Program-made: the position numbers and the translations under genes
Source: Candidatus Bathyarchaeia archaeon
GTDB lineage: Archaea; Thermoproteota; Bathyarchaeia; Bathyarchaeales; Bathycorpusculaceae
Assembly: GCA_049969855.1 (NCBI GenBank)
Contig: JBMFOB010000002.1
Location: 38,456-102,455 of the forward strand
DNA length: 64,000 nucleotides
Direction: 5' to 3'
The notes under the pieces: generated by a model
The model's input: only the letters and a program-made list of their open reading frames with translations
Told to the model about the DNA's origin: nothing
The model's database searches: none
In this document: in pieces, positions 28,966-38,268 of the stretch
How the letters are laid out: each line of letters starts with the position of its first letter
Numbering within the stretch: the first letter of the stretch is position 1

Positions 28966-29523
28966 TCATTTTAAGCTTAATTGTGAAACTGAATAGTAAA
29001 CTATTTCTCCTCTGCGATTTATAACAGCCAAAACCAACTCTTTTTTTAGGCTTTGGCACTGCATCATGGCTCGGGTTAAATCTTCCAGCGAAATAGGCTT
29101 TCCTTCTTGAATGTTTAAAACCAGATATTTTGCAGCGTCTTTACCATATTCTCCTCTTTCATAAACTCGAAAATCAACTCCTAAACCGAAACCTTCCCGC
29201 ACAACGTATCCGCGCCCTCTCAAGTCACGATAGGTCAAATATGCAGCCCAAGCGTTCTCATTAACAAGCTCGTAGCATCGGAGAAGCTTCTGAAAATCCA
29301 CTCTTTCTCCGTTTTCATCTTCAACTTCCAGCATGTTTTTCTCTAAAAGATATAACGCTTCATAAAAAGTGAGCAGAAGTTCATTATTTTCCATTGTGCC
29401 GTATCCTCTTGAAGAGATGCCTTCCGCATTCTGGTTTTTGGGGATTCTGACGCCCTTTTCCGTCAGTAACCCCTTAACTTTAAGTTCCGTGTTGCCCGAT
29501 GTTTTTCCTCTGTCCTTGCTCAT
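28966..29523 (-). CDS. endA: tRNA splicing endonuclease subunit, probably the structural beta subunit
   Basis: YEALYL, YRDLR.RGY, DFRVYERG, KKELVLA..GEIVYY; catalytic His position occupied by Ala. Confidence 0.85.
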   Translation of the reverse strand: MSKDRGKTSGNTELKVKGLLTEKGVRIPKNQNAEGISSRGYGTMENNELLLTFYEALYLLEKNMLEVEDENGERVDFQKLLRCYELVNENAWAAYLTYRDLRGRGYVVREGFGLGVDFRVYERGEYGKDAAKYLVLNIQEGKPISLEDLTRAMMQCQSLKKELVLAVINRRGEIVYYSVSQLSLK

Positions 29524-29550
29524 TTAAACCATCAACCAATAAACACATTT

Positions 29551-30567
29551 TCATTTAAACTTATCAAAGTCTTTCTTATATAGAATCCCACCTTCGCAAA
29601 TTATCGCTGTCACATATTTAAGTGAAGTTATGTCAAATGCTGGGTTTAAGGCGTCCACTCCTTCAGCGGCAATTCGAAGCGAACCTATATGCGTTACTTC
29701 TTCTGGTTTCCTCTCTTCAATAATAACATCAGCTGACTTACGTGTCAAATCAAAAGTGGATTTTGGAGCTGCCACATAGAAAGGTATGCCATGCTCTTTC
29801 GCTAAAACTGCCACGGTGAAAGTTCCAATCTTGTTAATAACAGCGTCTTGAACTATTCTGTCAGCTCCAACAATCACTTTATTGACCAACCGCTTAAACA
29901 TGACATAACCAACCATGTTATCAGTAATCAGAGTAACTGGTATTCCATCCCGTTTAAGTTCATAGGTTGTTAACCTTGCTCCTTGCAATTTTGGGCGAGT
30001 TTCTGTGGCAATAACGCGAATCTTTTTTCCTTGTTCCCATGCAGCCCTTATAACTCCAAGAGCCGTGCCATACTCAACAGTTGCCAAAGCCCCAGCATTA
30101 CAATGAGTCAGAACAACATCTCCATCATGGATAAGCTCAGCGCCATATTTTCCAATCATGCGATTCGCCGCAGCATCCTCATCAGCTATTCTCTTCGCTT
30201 CATCAACAACAAAATCAGCCAAAGCCTCAGCGCTCCCAGAAAAATCCTTTGCCTTAGCCAAAATTCTATCCACAGCCCAGAAAAGATTAACACCAGTCGG
30301 TCTTGTACTTCTCAAAATTTCAGCAGCCCTTTCCAACTCATGAACAAGTTCCTCTTTGCTTTTACTTTTCGAATGGTATGCTGTTAAAGCCAATGCAAAG
30401 GCTGCAGCAGCACCTAAAAGGGGCGCACCCCTAATTTTCATTGTTTTTATAGCTTCAGCCACATCACCGCAACTCCTCATCTCAAGTGTTACTGTTTCCC
30501 ATGGAAGCCTCGACTGGTCTATTGTAAGTACGATTCCATCATGCCACTCAATTGTTCGAGTCCGCAT
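29551..30567 (-). CDS. mtnA: Methylthioribose-1-phosphate isomerase (eIF2B-like family)
   Basis: IRGAP, RPT, THCNAGALAT, ETRP..QG, GADRI, NKIGT, NPAFD. Confidence 0.9.
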   Translation of the reverse strand: MRTRTIEWHDGIVLTIDQSRLPWETVTLEMRSCGDVAEAIKTMKIRGAPLLGAAAAFALALTAYHSKSKSKEELVHELERAAEILRSTRPTGVNLFWAVDRILAKAKDFSGSAEALADFVVDEAKRIADEDAAANRMIGKYGAELIHDGDVVLTHCNAGALATVEYGTALGVIRAAWEQGKKIRVIATETRPKLQGARLTTYELKRDGIPVTLITDNMVGYVMFKRLVNKVIVGADRIVQDAVINKIGTFTVAVLAKEHGIPFYVAAPKSTFDLTRKSADVIIEERKPEEVTHIGSLRIAAEGVDALNPAFDITSLKYVTAIICEGGILYKKDFDKFK

Positions 30568-30622
30568 GTGATTAGCCTCAGTAAATGGTTTATGCGGGAA
30601 GGAGTATAAAATATGTTAGAAA

Positions 30623-31342
30623 GTGAAAGGCATTATGAAAAAGGAAAGTTTGAGGATTCTTGTTGAAAATTTTGGAACAAGATACTCCGAACTGTTAGGC
30701 ATGAACCTTGCAAGCGGCAGAGACGAAGAAATTTTCAAGTGGTTTTTTGCTTCCATACTTTTTGGCGCTCCAATAACAGAAACTTCAGTGATTAAAACCT
30801 ACAAGTGCTTCGAAAAATATGATGTTCTAACGCCTAAGCGAATACTCCAAACAGGATGGGATGGGCTTGTTAAAATATTAGATGAAGGAAGCTACACACG
30901 CTATGACTTCAAAACTGCAGACAAACTCCTAGAAGTTATGCAGAATCTCATCCAAAAATATGACGGGAGCCTAACCATTCTATACAATAAGGCTTCGGAC
31001 ATGCAAGACTTGGAAAACCTCCTAAAAGATTTGGGGGAGGGTATCGGAAATGTAACCGTGAACATTTTCCTAAGAGAACTCCGCGATATATGGGAAAAAG
31101 CCAAACCAGAACCAACAAATCTCGTTTTGCTTGCAGCCAAAAACCTTGGAATAATCAAAAAAGAAGCAGGCAAAAAAGCCTTAAAACAATTAATGGATTT
31201 TTGGCTCAAAAATGAAGTCGAAGGGAAATCTTTCGTAAATTTCGAAACGGCACTGCTAAGGCTTGGTAAAGATTTTTGTAGGAAGCGTAAATGCATTTCT
31301 TGTCCAGTTAAAATCGAGTGCTCTGCTCCACAGGCGCCTTAA
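30623..31342 (+). CDS. HhH-GPD superfamily DNA glycosylase-like protein
   Basis: GIGNVTVNIFLREL HhH motif; C-terminal C-x4-C-x2-C-x5-C cluster. Confidence 0.75.
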   Translation: MKGIMKKESLRILVENFGTRYSELLGMNLASGRDEEIFKWFFASILFGAPITETSVIKTYKCFEKYDVLTPKRILQTGWDGLVKILDEGSYTRYDFKTADKLLEVMQNLIQKYDGSLTILYNKASDMQDLENLLKDLGEGIGNVTVNIFLRELRDIWEKAKPEPTNLVLLAAKNLGIIKKEAGKKALKQLMDFWLKNEVEGKSFVNFETALLRLGKDFCRKRKCISCPVKIECSAPQAP

Positions 31343-32063
31343 CATAAGTGATGACTTCTATTGGGCATTCGCCTGAAAGCTTCAGCTTTCTCTTCCACTC
31401 TTCGCCAACAGCTATAAGCGAGAAAAATCCTGAAATTTCAGCTTTTGCCTTGCGGACAAGGTTAACCAAAGCCGCTTGGGTTTCTCCAGTTTTAATCATG
31501 TCATCCACAATCAAAACGCTGTCCCGCTTTTTAATGGCGTCCTTTGGAATGTAAAGCGTCATAGTTACCCCTGAATCCCTAAGCGCATAAGTTTCTTCCA
31601 AAAAAGCCTTAACACCAACCTCCTTGCTTCTCTTTGCGATTATGAGATTCACTCCCAAGGCGCTTGCAACCATAGTTGCCAATGGTATGCCGTCCACAGC
31701 CGCCGTCAAAACCTTCGTCACCCGTTTTCCAGCAAAATTCGCAAGGGCATGATTAGCTGCTTGTTGTAAAATGTTAAAATCCCCAACAATATCAGTATTA
31801 TCAAAATACCCATCCTCATCAAACCTTATCCTACTCCGCAATTCAGTTTCCAAACCAACAAGCTTGTTTAAAACTTTCCAAAGCTGCCTCGCCCTCGAAG
31901 TGTTAGGCAGAACATGCCCCTTCGCATATCTGCTCAAAACAGTCACAGGCAAACCAGTCTTAGAGGCTAACTCACGATAAGTAATATTCCTCTTATACTT
32001 CGCCGTTCTAAGCAACTCAATAGTCATCAAACGAAGCTTTAACTCATCTACATGTGTGCTCAT
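31308..32063 (-). CDS. HTH plus phosphoribosyltransferase protein (PurR/Apt-like)
   Basis: YRELASKTGLPVTVLSRY HTH; VLIVDDMIKTGET PRPP loop. Confidence 0.85.
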   Translation of the reverse strand: MSTHVDELKLRLMTIELLRTAKYKRNITYRELASKTGLPVTVLSRYAKGHVLPNTSRARQLWKVLNKLVGLETELRSRIRFDEDGYFDNTDIVGDFNILQQAANHALANFAGKRVTKVLTAAVDGIPLATMVASALGVNLIIAKRSKEVGVKAFLEETYALRDSGVTMTLYIPKDAIKKRDSVLIVDDMIKTGETQAALVNLVRKAKAEISGFFSLIAVGEEWKRKLKLSGECPIEVITYVKAPVEQSTRF

Positions 32064-32192
32064 AGTATCCCCCTTATACACTGACACGTCAATCTTAAAG
32101 CGTTTACCATTTATTATTGCATTACTAATTTAAAATTTCCGTTCCAAAACGAACAAGAAACTGGAACCTTAATAGGCAGTATTGCACGAATA

Positions 32193-32606
32193 TTAATGCC
32201 AAAGCGATTTTGAATATCCAAGGTATTTTTGTATGAGACTTGCGCTTAACAGTCTTCCATGCTTATCTGATGGTTGGCGTGCGCACAAATGAAATACTTG
32301 CACTTGATTGTCGTGAAAAATTTTGGAAATCTGCATCCGCAAACCCGCATACTTACTTTCAAGATAAGTAAGTTGCGTGGCAATCTCCTTTAATTCTGAA
32401 GCTAGGATGTTTTTGCGCTCCTCTAATTCCCTAACTTTTTGCATAAGTTGTTCTTCCGTACAATCAGTTTTCATTCCTAACTCTATTAGTTTTTGAACAA
32501 ATTCAGCATTGACTTGGATGTTTGTTCTTTTAATTAGCTCTGAAATTTCGCTGTTTACATTTATCAGGGTAACCTTTTGCGATTTTCTCTGCAATTTGGT
32601 TTTCAT
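32193..32606 (-). CDS. Hypothetical coiled-coil protein, gene 4 of the riboswitch operon
   Basis: ATG 4 nt after AGGTGA; central heptad region. Confidence 0.6.
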   Translation of the reverse strand: MKTKLQRKSQKVTLINVNSEISELIKRTNIQVNAEFVQKLIELGMKTDCTEEQLMQKVRELEERKNILASELKEIATQLTYLESKYAGLRMQISKIFHDNQVQVFHLCARQPSDKHGRLLSASLIQKYLGYSKSLWH

Positions 32607-32610
32607 AATT

Positions 32611-32889
32611 TCACCTTTTTTGAGGAAGGAGGGTTTCAAGCACATTGTTGTCTTTAAGCATTTCATTTAGAATGGTTTCTATTCTTTTGATTTCATCGGG
32701 CAATTCGTTGACTTGTTTTTTTAAATTTTCTATTTGCTTTGTAAGTGCACGGTTTTCTTGCTCAAGAACATGAATTCTAAAGGCGAGTAAACCCTTTTTG
32801 ATTAAATTTATGGCGGTTTCCTGATTTTCAATTTTCTCATATAAATGTGTTGGAATTTGAAGTTGAAGTTTTTTGGCTTCATTCACCAT
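32611..32889 (-). CDS. Hypothetical protein (RHH-like N-terminus plus coiled coil), gene 3 of the riboswitch operon
   Basis: GGAGGG RBS; LQLQIPTHLYEKI then heptads. Confidence 0.6.
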   Translation of the reverse strand: MVNEAKKLQLQIPTHLYEKIENQETAINLIKKGLLAFRIHVLEQENRALTKQIENLKKQVNELPDEIKRIETILNEMLKDNNVLETLLPQKR

Positions 32890-33596
32890 TGATTAGCCCT
32901 CCAGTAAGTCTTAATCCACGTCTCCCAACAAGTTTTCCAACGCTTTTCCATACAACATCTTCCACAACCCTGCGCTCTTCTTCTGAAAACTCGTAGCTTT
33001 GTCTTCTTATATACTCGGCAAGTTCGGAATTTAATCGTCTGATTTTTCTCTTCCACTTCAATTATAACTTTGATAACATTTTGAGCTTGACCCGCCAACT
33101 TCTCTTCTATTGTACGAGTTAATGCTGCGAAATGTGGAATACACAGTCCCCTTGACTCTTTGAAAAGTTTCATAAACTCTTCATCCTGCAAAGAGAAAAG
33201 CTCTACAACTTTTTGAATATACATGTATGTAAACGCTGCCAAGTGACTGCACGCTGGACACTTTTCTTCGCTTGAAAGCATATTGCGAAAAGCATTTTTG
33301 TATCTGCTTAGTTTACACACGTCCAGAAGTAGTTGTTCAACGACGCTGTTTGCGATTAAGGCTATTCCGTGACCGTCTGGGCTTCTGTGCTTATTTGCTG
33401 CAATGAGCATTTTGTAGAAATGGTTGTTGCAGAAACCTCTGCTTTCAATTATTTTGTTTCTTGCTGAAGCATCCATTACCAATTCAGAAAGATAAGTGTC
33501 TACAAATTTTCTTTCAATTTCATCTTCTAACACGCATAGAAAGCACTCTTCTTTACATTCGATTGCTCTTTTGATGCGAAGATAAGCTATGTCCAA
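32879..33596 (-). pseudogene. DUF6062-like protein split by a frameshift near 33045 (real or assembly error)
   Basis: Repeated CxxC...GFCxxH / CPAC...GLCIPH motifs; the C-terminal ELAEYIRRQSYEF segment lies in another frame. Confidence 0.75.
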
Positions 33597-33598
33597 AT

Positions 33599-34447
33599 TT
33601 ACGTAGTCCCCCTTGCTTGTTCACTGAGCAACCGCAATGCGTTCACGGCGTAGAAGGTGTCTTCAAATGTTGAGATGCCGATGTCTGACCTTGCAAATCC
33701 TCCATTTACGTTTTGGCATTTAAGAATAAATCTAATAGTGTTTTCGGGATACATTGCACGTTCGCCGAGCAGATTAAGCGTCATTACTCCATAGTAGACG
33801 TGCTCCATATACGGTGCGGAGGTGCTTGGTATAACTGTGAAGCCTCCAGAAGGCTTTTCGCATAATCTGACGTATGCTAATGTGTTTTTGAGGGATTTAG
33901 CTGGATAACCAAGATTGCAGAGCGTGGCTACGGCATGATATGTTGCGTTTAGATTAGAATGTCTATAGGCGCCAAAGCCTCCGTCAGTGTTCTGGTAGCT
34001 TAAAAGCCACTGTGCAATCTTTTCACGATTAATTTCCACACCAGCAATGTTGGCGAGCTCAGTTGCCATAAAAGCAGTTTCAAACTCTGACGCAACTTCC
34101 ACATAAACATCAATTGCCTTAAATTCCATTTTTGCAAACTTTGAGGATAACAGAAAATCTTTAAGGCGTTCATCGGGTTCCTGTCCGCATAACTTTAAGG
34201 CTTTGGCTACATAATAATGTGAATAAAGATTGTCTGGAACAAAATCACGCAACCAATTAATCGTTTGCCAAAGATTGGGAAACGGAGCATTGAGCATATT
34301 CAATATTGCCAACCCATAGTAAGTGTCCTGCGCATTCGATTCCGTCCCTAGACAAAAAGTGTAACCCCCGTCAACATTTTGCCTGCAAACAACATATTCT
34401 ATAACTTTTCCAGCTTGAAATGCTTTACCAAGATGCTTAGTTTCCAT
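33599..34447 (-). CDS. Prenyltransferase/squalene-oxidase repeat protein (alpha/alpha barrel, COG1689-like)
   Basis: Repeats QNVDGGY, QNTDGGF, EKPSGGF, QNVNGGF, each followed by TY/TF-x-A/G; start ATG 34447 (alternative TTG 34495). Confidence 0.85.
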   Translation of the reverse strand: METKHLGKAFQAGKVIEYVVCRQNVDGGYTFCLGTESNAQDTYYGLAILNMLNAPFPNLWQTINWLRDFVPDNLYSHYYVAKALKLCGQEPDERLKDFLLSSKFAKMEFKAIDVYVEVASEFETAFMATELANIAGVEINREKIAQWLLSYQNTDGGFGAYRHSNLNATYHAVATLCNLGYPAKSLKNTLAYVRLCEKPSGGFTVIPSTSAPYMEHVYYGVMTLNLLGERAMYPENTIRFILKCQNVNGGFARSDIGISTFEDTFYAVNALRLLSEQARGTT

Positions 34448-34526
34448 ACTTAAAGCTGCTTTGCCTTCCCCATTAAACCGCCCCACTTCACGCAACCTTA
34501 CGTCAACTCCACCTAATTTAACGTGG

Positions 34527-34590
34527 GTAGAAGCTATCAGCCCTCGCGCATAAGGAAGCAAGGGCGGTTAAAGGCGAGCTTCATCGCCTA
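34527..34590 (-). promoter_or_regulatory. Fluoride riboswitch (crcB motif)
   Basis: Minus strand: GGCGAUGAAGCUCGCC-UUUAACC-GCCCUUGC..GCGAGGGC-UGAUAGCUUCUAC; P1, P2 and the GAAGCU/AGCUUC pseudoknot are intact. Confidence 0.92.
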
Positions 34591-34653
34591 TAGTCTAGGC
34601 GAAATGTGAAACTGGCAAATAAACGTTATGAAAAAATGCTGAAAATTGATTAA

Positions 34654-34745
34654 CGGGTCCGCTGGGATTTGAACCCAGGATCTCCGGCTTAGAAGGCCGA
34701 CGCGCTTTTTGGAATTTAGCCTAATCCAAGCTGCGCCACGGACCC
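34654..34745 (-). tRNA. tRNA-Arg(TCT) with a 15-17 nt D-loop intron (about 34707-34723)
   Basis: GGGTCCG/CGGACCC acceptor stem, TCGGC-CTTCTAA-GCCGG arm, GGTTCAAATCC; oversized D-loop folds as BHB/BHL (TTGG/CCAA helix, AAA bulge). Confidence 0.92.
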
Positions 34746-34864
34746 CCAAGATGTGATACGAAGCTTTAGATAATAATTTTATCTGTATTGATTGAAAGAT
34801 TCTTAATGGAAAAATGTTACTTAAAACTTTTAAAGGAGAGCTAAATTACCTTTATTAGGGGAGG

Positions 34865-35248
34865 GTGAAGGTGTCAGAAATCCACCAGTTTGATATTCCC
34901 ATCCCTCTGGTAAATTACATATACCTTATTAGGAACCGCAAGTCGCCATACTATGACATAGTCAACTTTCTTTTAAAAGAAATGGAGACCCATTACGAAC
35001 GAGCTGGACAAAGTTCCGATGTTATTTACACGATTAACCCCAGGATCTTACAGGAGGAGATTGAAAAGAAGGTTAGGAATGAGAAACTGACTACGGTAAA
35101 TGTTTGTCGCACTATTTTGGCTCTCTTGTATGGAAGCAAACTCCGTGAGGAGCAAGACTTCTACGTTACAACAACCAGTAGTGGAAGAAGAAACTATCAC
35201 GTTAGGGTTAATAACCGTACCTTAAATTCTATGTCAAGATTACTATGA
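34865..35248 (+). CDS. Hypothetical protein
   Basis: GGGAGG RBS; uninterrupted ORF in an intergenic gap. Confidence 0.7.
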   Translation: MKVSEIHQFDIPIPLVNYIYLIRNRKSPYYDIVNFLLKEMETHYERAGQSSDVIYTINPRILQEEIEKKVRNEKLTTVNVCRTILALLYGSKLREEQDFYVTTTSSGRRNYHVRVNNRTLNSMSRLL

Positions 35249-35255
35249 CAATAGG

Positions 35256-38138
35256 CTACTCAATGTAAATTGCTGGTCGATATGGCATAGCCATAGTTGC
35301 TCTCTGTCGGGGATCATAAATTTCTTTGTCTTCTTCGTTGTAGACAGTGATTTGTGCTTTGAATCTTTTACTTAAAAATTCCTTTGCGCCATCAATTATT
35401 TCTTTTTCGTTAAGCTTTTTTATCTTTAGCATGTTTTCTCTTCTGTTTTCCGGTATCATGCCTGCTTCTTTGAGGATTTTTGTGGCGAATTTTGCAACTT
35501 CTTTCATGTTTTCCTTTAACTCTTTTTCTTCGCTGAGTTCTTTCATAAGTTCGTTTAGTTTTGCTTCTCCATGTTTTGATTTCTCAAGCACTTTTTGGTA
35601 AACTTTCCATTTCCATGAGCTGGCTGTGTAATAGAATATTTTTTGTGGAGTGATTTTTGTTGCTTTTAAGACGTTTAATGTGTCTTCGATTAAATCTTCT
35701 ATGAAATTTTCCTTCTCTTCTGCCAATGTGTCTATTTGTTTTTCGTTTATTTTTGGCCATTCGGCAAGGGAGATGAAGCCTTCTTCTTTCATTTCGCTCC
35801 ACAGTTCTTCGCATATGTGTGGCATAAAGGGAGCGAGTAATTTTAGCCATGTTTTTAGGGCTTCTTTTAGGGTTTCTGATTCCATTGTCTTTTTTCTTTG
35901 TATGTACCAGCGGAAGTCGTTCCATGTTTCGAATAGGGCTATTTCTAGGGCTGTTCTTGTTTTCATTTCTTCCAGATTTTTTGTAACTTCTTCTATGCGG
36001 TGTTGTAGGGTGCTCATAAGCCATTTTTCTAGGTGTCCGCTTTCCATGCTTTTCGCATTGTCAATTATGTTTTTTGCAAAGTTGTAGAATAGTTCAAGTT
36101 TGTTTTGTATGTCTTTGACGTTTTCGCTTCTCCAGTCTGGGTCGTCCATTCCCTCTGCAGCTAATAATAAGGCGCATCTTGTGGCGTCTGCTCCGTATTT
36201 TTCGATGGCTTTTTTTAATGGTATGAAGTTTCCCAAGTGTCTGTGCATTTGTTTGCCTTCTATCATTAGCATGCCGTTTACGCCTACTCCTTTTGGCCAG
36301 TGTTGTGGTGGGAAAAGTGCTGTGTGGTGGAATATGAAGAATGTTAAGTGATTTGGGACGAGTTCTTTTGCTGAGACTCTTAGGTCAACTGGGTACCAGT
36401 ATTGGAATTCTTTTTGCATTTCTTCTAGGCTTTTGGTTTCTATTCCAGTTTGTGTGGCTATTTTTTCTGTGTCTCCTTTTCCATAGAAAATGTAGTCGAA
36501 AACTTCTTTTGTCAAGTTTTGTGGTTTTATGCCTTTTTCTTTTATGTGTTTGTTTATTGTGTAGAAAGCCATGTAAATTGTGGAGTCGCTTAATGTTTCT
36601 ATAATCCAACCTTCACCCCATGGTAATGGCGTGCCGAATCCTGTTCTTCTTGCGCAAGCCCATTCTTTCAGCCAATCAATTACTGTTAAAAACCATTGGG
36701 TTGCCGTTTCTGGGTAAATTTTCATTTGGTTTAGGGCTTTTTTTGCTTTTTCTTTCCATTCTGGGTCTGAATAGTTTAGGAACCACTGGTCTTGCAAGAC
36801 TTTGACGATGCATGGCGTTAAGCAGCGGCAAACGACTGGTTGTGGAAGGTCATACATGGATTCTACGATTCCGCGGCTTTTGAAATCTTTTATTAATGTT
36901 TCTTTGACTTCTCTAACCATTTTTCCAGAGTATTCCATGCAGTTTTCTTTTAGGATTCCGCCGTGGAACTCCTTCTTGTAGAGCAGTTTTGTTGCCTCTT
37001 CAGCCTTTGGGTCATGCTGATTTTTGGCGCCTAACTGTTCCACTATTTCGATGGCTGGATATTCGCCGAACCCTTCCACTTTGATGAGGGAGATTGGCTT
37101 TATTTTCTTCACAGTTTCTGGGTCTATGCCAAATTCCCGCAATGTTTCTGGATTTTCCTGCAAGTCTTTTAGCGCTAACCAATCGTAGGGTGCATGTGCT
37201 GGAACGCTATAAACGACGCCTGTTGCTTGTTTTGGGTTGACAAACCATCCTGGAAGTATGGGGAATCTTTCTTTTGTAACTGGGTTTTCGAAGGTTTTTC
37301 CTATAAGCTCTCTTCCTTTGAATGTTCGCTTTACTTTTATGGTTCTTCCTTGTTCTTTCATTTTTTGGGCTGCTTCTTCGCTTATTATCCAAGTTTCATT
37401 GTCTACAAGGGCTTCGACGTAGGTTGCGTCTGGGTTTATCCACATGTTTGTAACGCCATAGATTGTTTCGGGGCGGAAGGTGGCTGCTGGCAAAATGGTT
37501 TCATGGTTTAGTTTGAACTTTATTAGCGTATATTCTTCTGGTGTGATGCCTTCTCCCACTTGGCGGTCATGGTCTCCTGTTGGGCTTTGACATTTTGGAC
37601 ACCAAACAACTGGATGGGTTCCCCTTGAAACGTAGCCTTTTGCTTTTAGGTTTTCATATTGCCATTCAATGAATTTTTGGTATGTGGGCATTATAGTGTT
37701 GAATTCTCTTCTCCAATCAATTGAGAAACCAGCTTTTTTTGCGGCTGTTCGTCCATTGTTTGTGTAGTATGTTGCCATACAAATTGGGTCACTGAATTTT
37801 TTTAGTTCTTCTTCTGGAACGCCGTCCACTTCTCTTAAAATTTTTATGAATTCCTCATCGCCTTTTGCGACACGTTCGCTTGCGCCTAAGAGAGGTTGGC
37901 CAGTCCAGTGCCATGCCCATGGCCAAAGCACATTATAGCCTTGCATTCGCTTGAAGCGTGCATATGCATCTACGCGTGAAGCCGTGAAGCCGTGGCCTAC
38001 GTGGAGGGGTCCGTTCATGTATGGGTATGGGAAGGTTATGAAGAATTTCTTTTTGTTTGGGTCTGGGTTTGCCTCGAAGATTTTGGCGGTTTCCCAGCGT
38101 TTTTGCCATTTTTCCTCGATTTTCTTTAAAAATTCCAT
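35256..38138 (-). CDS. leuS: Leucyl-tRNA synthetase (archaeal type)
   Basis: FPYPYMNG, HVGH, ATFRPET editing domain, SDSTIY, YGADATR; KMSKS replaced by QMHRH. Confidence 0.95.
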   Translation of the reverse strand: MEFLKKIEEKWQKRWETAKIFEANPDPNKKKFFITFPYPYMNGPLHVGHGFTASRVDAYARFKRMQGYNVLWPWAWHWTGQPLLGASERVAKGDEEFIKILREVDGVPEEELKKFSDPICMATYYTNNGRTAAKKAGFSIDWRREFNTIMPTYQKFIEWQYENLKAKGYVSRGTHPVVWCPKCQSPTGDHDRQVGEGITPEEYTLIKFKLNHETILPAATFRPETIYGVTNMWINPDATYVEALVDNETWIISEEAAQKMKEQGRTIKVKRTFKGRELIGKTFENPVTKERFPILPGWFVNPKQATGVVYSVPAHAPYDWLALKDLQENPETLREFGIDPETVKKIKPISLIKVEGFGEYPAIEIVEQLGAKNQHDPKAEEATKLLYKKEFHGGILKENCMEYSGKMVREVKETLIKDFKSRGIVESMYDLPQPVVCRCLTPCIVKVLQDQWFLNYSDPEWKEKAKKALNQMKIYPETATQWFLTVIDWLKEWACARRTGFGTPLPWGEGWIIETLSDSTIYMAFYTINKHIKEKGIKPQNLTKEVFDYIFYGKGDTEKIATQTGIETKSLEEMQKEFQYWYPVDLRVSAKELVPNHLTFFIFHHTALFPPQHWPKGVGVNGMLMIEGKQMHRHLGNFIPLKKAIEKYGADATRCALLLAAEGMDDPDWRSENVKDIQNKLELFYNFAKNIIDNAKSMESGHLEKWLMSTLQHRIEEVTKNLEEMKTRTALEIALFETWNDFRWYIQRKKTMESETLKEALKTWLKLLAPFMPHICEELWSEMKEEGFISLAEWPKINEKQIDTLAEEKENFIEDLIEDTLNVLKATKITPQKIFYYTASSWKWKVYQKVLEKSKHGEAKLNELMKELSEEKELKENMKEVAKFATKILKEAGMIPENRRENMLKIKKLNEKEIIDGAKEFLSKRFKAQITVYNEEDKEIYDPRQRATMAMPYRPAIYIE

Positions 38139-38268
38139 AAAACTTTCTGAATTGGTTTGAGGGATATTAAATGTTTTGTTTTTACGGACAGAGAACGCTA
38201 TTCCTCACGTTTAAACACCAATTTAAGCATGGCGAAACTTGCATTAATCCTTTACTCTCTTTCCCTAA

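Noticed and set aside
34496-34561. N-terminal extension of ORF 33599-34561
   Set aside because: Overlaps the riboswitch aptamer and its adjacent hairpin
32100-34654. tRNA-Arg-anchored integrated element
   Set aside because: No duplicated tRNA 3' end (att site) and no integrase found
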